A stretch of DNA of 64,000 nucleotides. Origin: Octopus sinensis (taxonomy: Eukaryota). Shown piece by piece: positions 37,822 to 50,781 of the stretch (position 1 is its first letter; every line of letters begins with the position of its first letter). The notes beneath the pieces were generated by a model. The model did no database searches. It saw only the letters and a program-made list of their open reading frames with translations, and was not told the DNA's origin. Location of the stretch: positions 14,322,001 to 14,386,000 of the forward strand of contig NC_043001.1 of NCBI RefSeq assembly GCF_006345805.1, read 5' to 3'. Position numbers and translations under genes: made by a program.

Positions 37822-39020
37822 ATTTATTTATTTATCTAGGACTATATTATGCAATGGGTTCGTTTTTATGAGACATTCCATTTTTAAGGTCCTTAATTTT
37901 AAGGATTCTCAATTTCTTTAGATTATCATAGTTCAGTTCCAGGTGAAACATAAATAAGCAGATCTATTGCATAAAGAACTTAAAATGGGAGGGAAGTTGT
38001 GGAAGAGGGTGACCCAGGAAGACATGGGGCTGAAGTATTGAAGGCCAACCTCAAAACACTAGGCCCTACAAAGGAAATGACAAAGAGCCGAGATATGTTG
38101 TGCATTGCTGTGCTCAAGAAAACCCACCCATCACATCAGAATTCATAGCCTAAAACCAAGGTACCACATAAAAAGCACTGGTGCTGGTACCACACAAAAA
38201 TATATTGGTGATGGTACCATATAAAATATATTGGAGATAGTGTCCATGTAAAAAGCACTAATGATGGTGCCATGCAAACAGTATTGGTAATGGTGTTATG
38301 TAAAAAGAACCATAAAGTGGTTTGCATCAGGAAAAGCATACAGCTGTAGAAACCAAACCAAAACAGTCTATGGAACCTAGTGTGACCCTGGCCTTGCCAG
38401 GCTCTTCTCAAGCCATCCAACCCATCCTAGAATGGAAAAAAAATGTTAAATGATGATGATATGCTCAAACACATTCCAACTGTGACCAATATATATATAT
38501 ATCTTGTGGGCAGCCTTATTTCAGTTTTTATCTGCTAAATCCACTCACAAGGCTTTGGTCAGCTTGAGGCTATATAGTAGAAGACACTTGCCCAAGGTGT
38601 CACGCAGTGGGACCGAACCCAGAATTATGTGGTTGGTAAGCAAGCTACTTATCATACAGCCACTCCTGCACTTATATATATGTATTATCTATATATATAT
38701 ATATATATATATATAAAGGAGAACCCCATCGGTTACAATGACGAGGGTCCCAGCTGATACAATCAACGGAACAGCCTGCTCGTGAAATTAACATGAAAGT
38801 GACTGAGCAATCAACAGACACATGTACCCTTAACGTAGTTCCCAGGGAAATTCAGTGTGACACGGAGTGTGACAAGGCTGGCCCTTTGAAATACAGATAC
38901 AACTCATTTTTGCCAGCTGAGTGGACTGGAGCAACGTGAAATAAAGTGTCTTGCTCAAGGACACAACGTGTCACCAGGAATTGAACTCACGACCTTATAA
39001 TCATGATATATATATGTGTG

Positions 39021-39331
39021 TGGAGGCGCAATGGCCCAGTGGTTAGGGCAGCTGACTCGCAGTTGTAGGATCGCGGTTTCGATTCCCAGACTGGGCGTTG
39101 TGAGTGTTTATTGAACGAAAACACCTAAAGCTCCACGAAGCTCCGGCAGAGGATGGTGGCGATCCCTGCTGTACTCTTTTGCCACAACTTTCTCTCACTC
39201 TTTCTTCTGTTGGCCTGCTTGCTTAACCAGTGGGGTGGAGTCATTTGAAGGCTAAAACAATGTGAAGTGCATTGTGACCAGCGATGTGTAGCGTCATCTG
39301 ATAGCCTGGTTGGTCACGGTGATCATGGTGA
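39021..39331 (+). mobile_element. SINE family 3, full-length
   Basis: ggaggcgcaatggcccagtggttagggcagc head; cacggtgatcatggtga tail. Confidence 0.88.
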
Positions 39332-39899
39332 TATATATATATATATATATTGTATATATCATCATCATCATCGTTTAACATCTGCTTTCCATGCTAGCAT
39401 GGGTTGGCGAACCCGATGGCTGCACCAGGCTCCAATCTTGATCTGACAGAGTTTCTACAGCTGGATGTCCTTCCTAACACCAACCACTCCGAGAGTGTAG
39501 CGGGTGCTTTTTACGTGCCACTGGCATGGGGCCAGTCAGGCGGTACTGGCAATGACCTCGTTCGAATCTTTTTTACACATGCTCACCGGCACAGGTGCCA
39601 TTAAGGCGACATTGGCAACGATCACGTTCGAATGATGCCCTTCTACGTGCCACGACATGGGGGCCAGTCAGGCGGTACTGGCAATGACCTCGCTCAAGTC
39701 TTTTTACACATGCCACCGGCACAGGTGCCAGAAAGGCGACGTTGGTATCGATCATGCTTGAATGGTGCCCTTCTACGTGCCACAAGCATGGAAGCCAGTT
39801 GGGTGCTCTGGCAAAGATCATGCTCGGATGGTGCTCTTGGCACCCTACTAGCATGGGCTTAAGTGCCAGTAAGCACAAGTGCTAGTAAGTGTATATATA

Positions 39900-40493
39900 C
39901 TCCTTTACTCTCTTTTACTTTGTTTCAGTCATTTGACTGTGGCCATGCTTGAGCACCACCTTTAATAGAGCAACTCGACCCCGGGACTTATTCTTTTGTA
40001 AGCCCAGTACTTATTCTATCGGTCTCTTTTTGTCGAAACGCTAAGTGACGGGGACATAAACACACCAGCATCGGTTGTCAAGCAATGCTAGGGGGACAAA
40101 CACAGACACACAAACATACACGCACACACACACATATATATATATATATACATATATACGACGGGCTTCTTTCAGTTTCCGTCTACCAAATCCACTCACA
40201 AGGCTTTGGTCGGCCCAAGGCTATAGTAGAAGACACTTGCCCAAGGTGCCACGCAGTCGGACTGAACCCGGAACCATGTGGTTGGTAAGCAAGCTACTTA
40301 CCACACAGCCACTCATATATATATATAATATATATATACGACGGGCTTCTTTCAGTTTCCGTCTACCAAATCCACTCACAAGGCTTTGGTCGGCCCGAGG
40401 CTATAGTAGAAGACACTTGCCCAAGGTGCCACGCAGTGGGACTGAACCCGGAACCATGTGGTTGGTAAACAAGCTACTTACCACACAGCCACT
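39900..40493 (-). mobile_element. SINE family 1 with tandemly duplicated 5' half
   Basis: 40158-40313 is repeated at 40338-40493. Confidence 0.85.
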
Positions 40494-40914
40494 CATATAT
40501 ATATATATATATATAGTGAGAGAGAGAGAGAGGGTAGATGCAAAGGAAGAATTGTGTATTGTTGCCTTTTCTGTACAACTTATGCCCCATTGTTTTCCAC
40601 AAATATATATATAAGAGTCGATGACAAAACTTAATGGCCTTGCATGATGGGAAATATAAAATAAAAAAAAAGTAAGAAAATAGATAAATAAATAAATAAA
40701 TACATAGAAAACCAAACAAAGAAATGTGTGAAGAATGTTTGAGCTCACATGGAAACTGAGACTGGTCACATGTGAAGCAGGTGTGTGTGTGTGGGGGGGT
40801 AGTTTATAATTAGCTCTGTAGCAAACAAGGTACCCCTAATTTGATTGCAATTACCCTAATTGATCAGATGATTGCTGATTTTTGAGCTGAGCTAATAAGC
40901 TTAGATTCTGGGGG

Positions 40915-41281
40915 GGGGGGGTATGTGTGTGTGTGTGTATACATGTGTGTATGTATATATATATATATATGTGTGTGTATATATATATATACATATATAC
41001 ATATGTGTATATATATATTTATACATATATATATATACATATATATATATACATATATGCACATATATATACATATATATATATAAACACACACACACAC
41101 ATATATATATATATACACACACACACATACATACACATACACACACACACACACACATAAATATAAAATTTATACATATATATATTTATACATATATATA
41201 CATATATATATATACATACATATATGCACATATATATATATACATACATATATGCACATATATATACATATATATATATAA

Positions 41282-41366
<85 letters not shown>

Positions 41367-41374
41367 CATACACA
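40915..41374. repeat. (TA)n/(CA)n microsatellite tract
   Basis: Mixed dinucleotide repeats. Confidence 0.95.
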
Positions 41375-41548
41375 TACCTTAGGAATTGAGAACCCAGGTT
41401 CGAAATTTCCCCAAGACACCTGATGAAGGCTGGAGGGTATATCAGCCGAAACGTTGTGTTAACAACAAACAAGAAGAGGACAAATATCCGTCAAATGTAA
41501 ATAATGTAAATAATGTACATAATTCCTCATCGCTTAAATATAGAACTG
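41375..41548 (+). mobile_element. Penelope-type tail of the composite element (5'-truncated)
   Basis: ataccttaggaattgagaacccagg ... cttaaatatagaactg, matching the reverse complement of 19600-19765. Confidence 0.8.
41415..41460 (+). ncRNA. Minimal type I hammerhead ribozyme motif, family A, intact
   Basis: gacac CUGAUGA a ggctg gagggtatat cagcc GAAA cg UU gtgtt. Stem I gacac/gtgtt, stem II ggctg/cagcc, palindromic ACGU stem III; predicted cleavage after 41455. Confidence 0.82.
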
Positions 41549-42814
41549 AACTGACCTTACTCTTTACTCTTTTACTCTTTCACTTGTTTCAGTCATGTGA
41601 TTGTGGCTATGCTGGAGCACAGCCTTTAGTCGAGCAAATCAACCCCAGGACTTAATCTTTGTAAGACTAGTGTCAAAATTTGAAACAGTTAATGTTATTA
41701 TCTTTTAGTTACTATTGTTGTTGTTATTGTTGTTATTGTTCTTAGATTCATTGTCATATTTCTTGTTGTGGTTGTTGTTGGCAGCATTTCTTCAGGCTCT
41801 TTATGTTTTTAAGTTCAAAATCTCACTGTGAGCAAATTCACCTCTTATCCTTTTGTGGTTGATAAAATAAAGTACGAGTCAAGTACAGGCATCGATATAA
41901 TCAACTTGCCCCCTCCCCTCAAAACAGCTGGCGTTATACCCGAAACAGAAACCATTAATTGTTGTTGTTGTTCTTCTTCTTCTTCTTCCAATCAGGACTC
42001 ACGCCATTAGCCACAAAGAATAATCTCTAATCATAGATCCTACTCTAAGCTACTAAGAATGCGTGTGGCAACTTGAAGATCCACCCACCACCACACGCGA
42101 TAGACTGGCGGTTGCACGGGCGTGAAAGCTACGTTGTTATCCTCATTCCGTAAACGGTGGCTTTTAACGGGTGGATAGCTGAACCATCCTGGGGTACAAA
42201 GGATTCGCAATCTAGACTAGAGTCTGAAAGTTTACCACACCATAGCGGGTTACACTATGGTTCCTCTGCTTTATGGCAGAAGTATGAAGAAAGAGTGAGA
42301 GAAAGTTGTGGTGCAAGAGTACAGCGGGGGTTCACTACCCCCTGCAGGAGCCTCGTGGAGCTTAGGTGTTTTTGCTCAATAAACACTCCCAATGCCTAGT
42401 CGGGAATCGAAACCGCATTCTTATGACTGTGAGTGCGCTGCCCTAACCACTGGGCCATTACGCCTCCACTGTTGCTGTTGTTGATATGACTGTCATTGCT
42501 AATAGTTACGACTATTGCCATTACTGTTGCTTCCAAGTCTTTTTTTTCTACCATAGATAGAAAGATAGAGAGACAGTCAAAGCAAGAACTTTTCTCTCTC
42601 TCACTCTGACTGTCTCTCTATCTTTCTCTTTTACTCTCACCTTTCAATTCTTCCTTGTTCATTAGAGTAGCTAAGTATCTTAATTACAGTAAGACAGCTA
42701 TCTCTGTCACTTTATCATACTCTAACTCCACGCCTGGCACACAATCACTTCTCTCGGTTCAATTCCCTCTTTCGACTGAGAGGTCTTTCTATCGCAAGCA
42801 ACTTGGCAACCCCA

Positions 42815-44010
42815 CTGGTGTTGGTGCCATCTAAAAAGCATCTATGTAGATGAGACATAAAAAGCACATGTGCTGGTACCACATTAAAAGCACCCATGCT
42901 GGTGCCATGTGAAAGGCACTTGAGCTGGTACCACATAAAAATCACCCATGCTGGTGCCATGTGAAAGGCACATGTGCAGGTACCACTTAAAAAGCAACCA
43001 TGCTGGTGCCATGTGAAAAGCACATGTACTGGTACCACATAAAATGCGCCCATGCTGGTGCCATGTGAAAAGCACATGTGTTGGTACCACATAAAAAGCA
43101 CCCAAGCTGGTGCCATGTGAAAAGCACATGTACTGGTACCACATAAAAAGCACCCATGCTGGTGCCATGTGAAAAGCACATGTACTGGTACCACATAAAA
43201 AGCACCCATGCTGGTGCCATGTGAAAAGCACATGTGTTGGTACCACATAAAAAGCACCCAAGCTGGTGCCATGTGAAAAGCACATGTACTGGTACCACAT
43301 AAAAAGCACCCATGCTGGTGCCATGTGAAAAGCACATGTGTTGGTACCACATAAAAAGCACCCAAGCTGGTGCCATGTGAAAAGCACATGTACTGGTACC
43401 ACATAAAAAGCACCCATGCTGGTGCCATGTGAAAAGCACATGTGTTGGTACCACATAAAAAGCACCCAAGCTGGTGCCATGTGAAAAGCACATGTGTTGG
43501 TACCACATAAAAAGCACCCAGCTGGTGCCATGTGAAAAGCACATGTACTGGTACCACATAAAAAGCACCCATGCTGGTGCCATGTGAAAAGCACATGTGT
43601 TGGTACCACATAAAAAGCACCCAAGCTGGTGCCATGTGAAAAGCACATGTACTGGTACCACATAAAAAGCACCCAAGCTGGTGCCATGTGAAAAGCACAT
43701 GTGTTGGTACCACATAAAAAGCACCCAAGCTGGTGCCATGTGAAAAGCACATGTTGGTACCACATAAAAAGCACCCAAGCTGGTGCCATGTGAAAAGCAC
43801 ATGTACTGGTACCACATAAAAAGCACCCAAGCTGGTGCCATGTGAAAAGCACATGTACTGGTACCACATAAAAAGCACCCAAGCTGGTGCCATGTGAAAA
43901 GCACATGTACTGGTACCACATAAAAAGCACCCAAGCTGGTGCCATGGGAAAAGCACATGTGTTGGTACCACATAAAAAGCACCCATGCTGGTGCCATGGG
44001 AAAAGCACCC
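42815..44010 (+). repeat. Minisatellite of alternating 26-bp monomers (52-bp dimer) within an RTE-type 3'UTR
   Basis: ctggtgccatgtgaaaagcacatgta / ctggtaccacataaaaagcacccatg, running into the RTE tail at 44010-44220. Confidence 0.95.
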
Positions 44011-45137
44011 ATTACACTCTGTAAAAAGCGGTTGGGATTAGGAAGGGCATCCAACCATAAAAAACCTTGCCAAAACAGACAATTGGAGCCTGGCGCAGTT
44101 CTCAGGCTTGCCAGCTGCTGCCAAACTGTCCAACCCATGCCAGCATGGAAAACAGATTCTAAATGGTAGTGATGATGATAATGATGACGACGATGACGAT
44201 GATGATGATGATGATGATGGTAGTACTTCGACAATTGCTGTTGCATTTGTTGCTACTATCATCGCTGCAATTGTCGTTGCTATTTTGACAATTGCACTTA
44301 CACCGTATAGCTATCGTCGTTGTTGTTAACGCTGTTGCTATTTATTGTTACTAATATTATCAGTTTGCAACTGTAGCTATCTTTACTGTTGCAATTGTGC
44401 AACTATTAATAAAAGGCGGCGAGCCAGCAGACTTGTCAAAGTGCCGGGAAGAATTCTTAGTGGTATATCCTATGGCATTTAATGTTCTCAACTCAAATTA
44501 CACCAAAGTCAACCTGACTTCCCCCCCCCCATCCTTTCACAACCAATAAAATAAGCACCGGTTAAGTTCTGTTGCCGATGTAATCAACTACGGTCCTTCC
44601 CTAAAATTGCCAGATTTTTACCAAAATTAGAATGAATGGTGTAAATACTGTTGTTGTTACTATCACGACTACTTCTGCTGCTGCTGCTGCTGCTGCTGCT
44701 TATATTAACAATGATACTGACAGAATTGATGTTTTATTTGCATAACGGCAGAGACTGAGGAATTACAGTAAAAAAGTTTCAAGTGACAAAACAAAATAAG
44801 AATTAAAAAAAAAAATAAAAGTATTCGAATAAAAAAACATTGCTTTTTTTTTAGCATTAAAATTTATGAAATAAAAGCATTTTACTTTTGTTTTCACAAA
44901 AGTTTGAAAATTTAAGTAAAATATGAAAAAAAAAAAAAAAAGAAGAAAAAAGTATTTTAATATCTGAACACAAAATGGCAATATTTGAATAGTGAGCGGA
45001 ATGAAGGAAGAGAAGAGAAATGGAATGGAAGAATATGAGGATGAATATTCTAGAGAAGAAAGTTAAGATGAAAGAAGAAGAAAGAAAAATGAAAGAAAAG
45101 AGAAGAAAAATAGCACAAAATTAAAGGTTTTCTTATT

Positions 45138-45295
45138 GAGTTGCTAAACATCAGGGACTATTTGACGTCAATCGAATTGCCACTTTTCTGTTGTTTCCAT
45201 AGAAATCAGACAACCATGTTCGCAACTATGCGAAATATAAAAAAGACTGCTATAGATATTGGTTCCCGCCTATTACCATGGAGACGGAAGTAGCA
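45138..45295. promoter_or_regulatory. Candidate enhancer/promoter: CRE, RFX X-box-like and ETS motifs
   Basis: ttgacgtcaa (45162-45171), gtttccatagaaat, attaccatggagac and cggaagt clustered in non-repeat DNA. Confidence 0.35.
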
Positions 45296-45647
45296 AGCTG
45301 GGGATGGGGGTGGGGGGATAGAGATTGGACAGCAAAAGGTAAGAGAGAGAGAGAGAGAGAGAGATGGGCCGAGCTTTTGGTCTTTCATTATGTATTAAAC
45401 AAGCAGAAGTCAATGATGATGTGCTGTGAGAATTTAGTTTAGATTATCACAACAGCGCTGCCAAAAACAGTAAGAATGAAAGAAATTTAAACCAATATAG
45501 TGATAGGTGGTTCCAAGTGAACTCATTTCAATAGTATTCAATGACACATGGAAGAATATAGCCTTCTTGTTGCCGTAGTGAAAAATGCAATATTTTGCTT
45601 TAAATTTTCATTTCTTATTTTTGTTTAAATCTCTAAAGATTGGTATA

Positions 45648-46043
45648 CTCTCTTTTACTCTTTTATTTGTTTCAGTCATTTGACTGCGGCCATGCTGGAG
45701 CACCACCTTTAGTCGAGCAAATCAACCCCAGGACTTATTCTTTTGTAAGCCCAGTACTTATTCTATCGCTCTCTTTTGCCGAACCGCTAAGTGACAGGGA
45801 CGTAAACACACCAGCATCGGTTGTCAAGCAATGCTAGGGGGGGACAAACACAGACACACAAACATACATATATATATATACATATATACAACGGGCTTCT
45901 TTCAGTTTTCGTCTACCAAATCCACTCACAAGGCATTGGTCGGCCCGGGGCTATAGCAGAAGACACTTGCCCAAGATGCCACGCAGTGGGACTGAACCCG
46001 GAACCATGTGGTTGGTTAGCAAGCTACTTACCACACAGCCACT
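45648..46043 (-). mobile_element. SINE family 1
   Basis: Tail to head ccacacagccactc. Confidence 0.88.
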
Positions 46044-46378
46044 CGTTCAATTCTTCCTTGAAACGGCAATTGAAATCATTTGAAGACTCAGCGACTATTT
46101 CTTATCTCACGCTGGTGAGCAAATGTCATTTAGTGTCCAAGCTAAGGGGAGCAAGCTAGCAGAATCGCTAGTATGTCAGAAAAAATGCCTAGCTGCATTT
46201 TTGCGGCTCGTTCCATTTTGAGTTCAAATTCTGCCATAGTTGACTTGGCTTTTTATCCATTTAGGGGTGATAAAAAAAAGTTCCAGTAAAGTTCTGGGGA
46301 TTGATGTAGTCAACTTGCCTCCTCCCGTCAAAATTGCTGGCTTTGTGCCAACATTCGAAAAAATTAGAATCAGTCTAG

Positions 46379-46427
<49 letters not shown>

Positions 46428-46429
<2 letters not shown>

Positions 46430-46670
46430 CTTTACGCTTTTACTTGTTTCAGTCATTTGACTGTGGCCATGCTGGAGCACCACCTTTAGTCGAGCAAATC
46501 GACCCCAGGACTTATTCTTTGTAAGCCTAGTACTTATTCCATCAGTCTCTCTTGCTGAACCGCTAAGTTACGGGGACGTAAACACACCAGCATCGGTTGT
46601 CAAGCGATGCTGGGGGGGGGGACAAACACAGATACACGAACATATACACACACATACACACACACACACA

Positions 46671-46703
<33 letters not shown>

Positions 46704-46883
46704 CACACACACATATATACGACAGGCTTCTTTCAGTTTCCGTCTACCAAATCCACTCACAAGGCTTTGGTCAGCCCGAGACTATAGTAGAGGACACTTG
46801 CCCAAGGTGCCACACAGTGGAACTGAACCTGGAACCATGTGGTTCGTAAGCAAGCTACTTACCACACAGCCACACCTACGCCT
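46428..46883 (-). mobile_element. SINE family 1, full-length
   Basis: Tail to head cagccacacctacgcc. Confidence 0.88.
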
Positions 46884-46887
46884 ATGT

Positions 46888-47160
46888 GGATAATAGAAAT
46901 TGAAAAAATGTGGCATCTCAAGGCGACTACAGTACCAGTGATTGTAGGATCTCTAGGAATGATAAAAATTATACCAGGCTTACCATCCCTACAGGAAGTA
47001 CAAAAAATCGTGTTAACTGGAACAATTCATGTACTGGGAAGAGCATTATTGCTGTGAAAACAACATCCATCCATGAATTTATTTACTTTTTTAATTTTTT
47101 TAGATACATATTTTACCTGTGAATTTGCATGTGTAATCTGGGAATGCATACAATGAACTT
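46888..47160 (+). mobile_element. R4/Dong-like LINE C-terminus and 3'UTR
   Basis: IEIEKMWHLKATTVPVIVGSLGMIK...LQEVQKIVLTGTIHVLGRAL. Confidence 0.78.
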
Positions 47161-47321
47161 CTCTGCCCTATGTCGCACACATACGATTGTGATGCATGTG
47201 CCTGGTGTACCTTTATCAGACGGGTACTAATGATGGGTGTATTGGGCTTCGTATAATTGTACTCCAGTGTCACTTTGATGAGATGCACTGCTCTCTCACT
47301 CAATAATAATAATAATAATAA

Positions 47322-47621
47322 AAGTCGATAGGTATGACAGGTTAGCTTGGGAGGTAAAGCAGTCGTAGTCGAGGAAAAAGTGGTGGTGGTACCAATAATT
47401 ATTGGAGTCACTGGGAACAGTGAGTAAAAATCTCAAGAAGTACGTGGAACAAAAGGGCTGCAATAAGGGTGGAGTACTTGCAGAAAACAGCACTGCTTGG
47501 AACTGCTCGAATACTCTGGAAGGTGCTCGAAAGATAAGAGGTGTTACCTTAGTTCACTGGTAGTGAACAGCTGACACTGTAGATGTAGTACATCTCCAGC
47601 GTTAGAAGCTGTGCAAAGGCA
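47322..47621 (+). mobile_element. Second R4/Dong-like LINE 3' end, between TAA runs
   Basis: DRYDRLAWEVKQ...VVVVPIIIG.LGTVSKNLKKY...LQKTALLGTARILWKVL followed by (AAT)n. Confidence 0.78.
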
Positions 47622-48150
47622 ATAATAATAATAATATTAATAATAATAATAATAATAATAATCCTTTCTACTATATGCACAAGGCCTGAAACTTGGGGAG
47701 AGGGATTGTCAATTACATCAATTCCAGTTCACAACTGGGACTTAATTTATTGACCCTGAATGGATGAATGGCAAAGCTGACCTTGGCAGGATTTGAACTC
47801 AGAACTTAAAGATAGACAAAATACCGCTAAGCATTTCATTCACCTTCATAATAATGATGATGATGATGATTTCAAATTTTGGCACAAGGCCAGCAATTAC
47901 ATCAACCCAGTGCTCAACTGATCTTTATTTTATCAAACTCGAAATGATGAAACACAAAGCCAGCCTTAGCAGAATTTGAACTCAGAAAGCAAAGACAGAT
48001 GAAATGTCAACAAGTATTTTGTCCAATGTGCTAACAATTCTGCCAGCTTCCCACTTAATAATAATAATAATAATGATGATGATTATGATGATGATGATGA
48101 TTGATGATGATGATGATTGATGATGATGATGATTGATGATTGATGATGAT

Positions 48151-48194
<44 letters not shown>

Positions 48195-48659
48195 GATGGA
48201 TTGATGATGATGATTGATGATGATTGATGATGATGATGATTTCTGTATTGACCACCTGAGCAGAACACAAAACATAAAGGATGATACACAGATGAGGGGC
48301 AGCGAGGTTAAACATGTAAACAAAAAAAAAAACAAAGAGATTAAACACAACAAGGAGATTAAACCAACAATGTACTTCCCTAATAGGTGGGGGTGGGGGA
48401 GTTCCTCTGAGAGGTGACCAAAGGAACCTCATGCACTTTGGACCCCCTAACACCAAAGGCACCTCAGGTAGGCACTTCTCTCCTCCTCATTCCATCCGGC
48501 CTACAGGTGCACACTTGGATTAGGCCCATTCACATGGGCCATTCTTGCCACATTCACCTACCGTCCAACAAACTTACTGGATGAGAGTACCTTCCCTCTC
48601 CAGCCTCAGTTTCCTTTTCAGGTAGAACCTGAAAAAGTCAAGGGGACCTTGGCCAAAGA

Positions 48660-49097
48660 ACAGATGGGATACAGCAAATATTCTGCTCAATACTGCAGAT
48701 TTGCTTGTCAGTTGTTTGACCTTAACCAGTTGATCATGTCCCTTGGTGGCTGACAATATGTGCATCTCTGATCATTAGCAGAAGTAGTGAGGAAGCATTG
48801 TAGTTATGTGTTGAAAGGAAGTCTTTGGGGGTTTGGATAATTCACCTTTGGAAACAATCATTAATCAAGGGCCTTTACAGTGGGATGGGCTACGCAACCT
48901 GAAGAAAATTCTAACTGGGCCCCCACCTGCAAGGTCATGCGCTGTTAATCTTGATATGAGATCACCATGTCATGCACATATGGTTGTGATGCATGCACCT
49001 GGTGTACCCTTATCAGACGGGTACACATGATGGGTATACTGGGCTTCATATATTTTACCCCAGTGTCACTTTGATGGCATGTACTGCTCTCTCACTC
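48660..49097 (+). mobile_element. (TAA)n-targeting retroelement 3' region
   Basis: Homologous to the reverse complement of 10959-11420; ends ctctctcactc(aat)n. Confidence 0.75.
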
Positions 49098-49137
<40 letters not shown>

Positions 49138-49272
49138 TCAAATTTTGCCTCAAGGGCAGTAAACTGCGGGAAAGGGATGAGTCAATTACCTCAATCCCAG
49201 TGTTCAACTGGTACTTATTTTATCGACCCCCGAAAAGATGTAAGGCAATGTCAACCTCGGTGGAATAATAAT

Positions 49273-50781
49273 AACAAGAACACTCAGAGAGCGCAATCCT
49301 CTGCCAAGGCAACACCAATGTCCTCTCAATGACTAACCAGAGATGATTTTTAAAATGAGAATATCTGAAATAAACTCGACTGCTCTCACAAATAAAAATA
49401 ATAAAAATGAACCTGAATTCTCTCAAAAATTAAGTAAAAAACAGGAAAAATAATCCAGAATCCTTGTCCAGGACTGGATCAATCCCAAAATTTAATCGAT
49501 TTGTGGCAATCACGAGGCCAAACATTCCTGAAAGTTTCATCCAAATCCATCCATTGGTTCTTGAGATATCTTGTCCATGGACAAACAAACAAACAAATAT
49601 GACCGAAAACAATACCTCTGTCTGTGCTAAAGCAGAGGTGACAAGAACACTCAGAGAGTGCAAACCTCCACCAAGGCAACACCAATATCCTCTCAACGAC
49701 TAGCCAGAGATGATATTTAAAATGAGAATATCTTAAATAAACTTGACCTCTCTCACAAACGTGAATAATAAAAATGAACCCGACCACTCTCAAAAATTAA
49801 GAAGGAAAAAAAAAGGGAAAATAATCCAGAATCCTTGCCCAGTACTGGACCGATCCCAAAATCTAATCAATTCGTGGCAATCACAAGGCCCTTCAGGGTT
49901 GGTGAAAGCGATGTGGTGGACAACGAAAAACCTGGCTGATGACAGTCAAGGCTGATCTGGAACCCAACCCACGAAGCAATTGCCCCAGCTCCCCTTCAGG
50001 GTTGGTGAAAGCGATGTGGTGGACAACGAAAAACCTGGCTGATGACAGTCAAGGCTGATCTGGAACCAACCCACGAAGCATAATGGCCCCCGCTCCCCTT
50101 CAGGGTTGGTGAAAGCGATGTGTGGACAACGAAAAACCTGGCTGATGACAGTCAAGGCTGATCTGGAACCCAACCCACGAAGCAATTGCCCCAGCTCCCC
50201 TTCAGGGTGGTGAAAGCAGGATGGGGACAATGAAAAACCTGGCTGATGACAGTCAAGGCTGATCTGGAACCCAACCCCGAAGCAATTGCCCCAGCTCCCC
50301 TTCGGCGGTTGGTGTGAAAGCGATGTGGTGGACAACGAAAAACCTGGCTGATGACAGTCAAGGCTGATCTGGAACCCAACCCACGAAGCAATTGCCCCAG
50401 CTCCCCTTCAGGGTTGGTGAAAGCAATGTGGTGGACAATGAAAAACCTGGTTGATGACAGTCAAGGCTGATCTGGAACCCAACCTAGGCCCCCATATCTA
50501 TGGCATTCGCCGCTGGAATAAGGAGTGGTTGGAGATCATGTGGTCGTTAGCCTCAAATCGCCAGGTTTGGTCAGTGTTTGTGAGAGATGCAACATTGAGG
50601 ATGAATGAAGCCAGCTCAACCCACCCCGGGTGAAAGCTGTCTTGAAGACAAGAGGAAGAATCACAAGGCCAAACATTCCTGAAAGTTTCATCCAAGTCCA
50701 TGCATCAGTTCTTGAGATACGTTGTCCACGGATAGACAAGACTGAAAACAATACCGCCGCCTTAGCGAAGGTGGGGGTAAT
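49273..50781 (+). mobile_element. Two tandem Helentron-associated (HINE-like) elements, the second interrupted by an RTE insertion
   Basis: acaagaacactcagagag..cctc.gccaagg start at 49273 and 49641; (CAAA)n; terminal hairpins acctctg..gcagaggt and accgccgccttagcgaaggtgggggt. Confidence 0.6.
49891..50658 (+). mobile_element. RTE-clade LINE 3' fragment with internal ~103-bp tandem array and 12-bp TSD
   Basis: TSD aatcacaaggcc at 49879-49890 and 50659-50670; translation GW.KRCGGQRKTWLMTVKADLEPNLGPHIYGIRRWNKEW..LASNRQVW. Confidence 0.85.

Noticed and set aside
42745-44246. Three ORFs of about 400 aa
   Set aside because: All three frames give the same permuted peptide from a stop-free 52-bp repeat.
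49891-50485. ctgatga in each array unit as a hammerhead/retrozyme
   Set aside because: No GAAA follows the cagtc/ggctg stem, and the unit translates as RTE ORF2.
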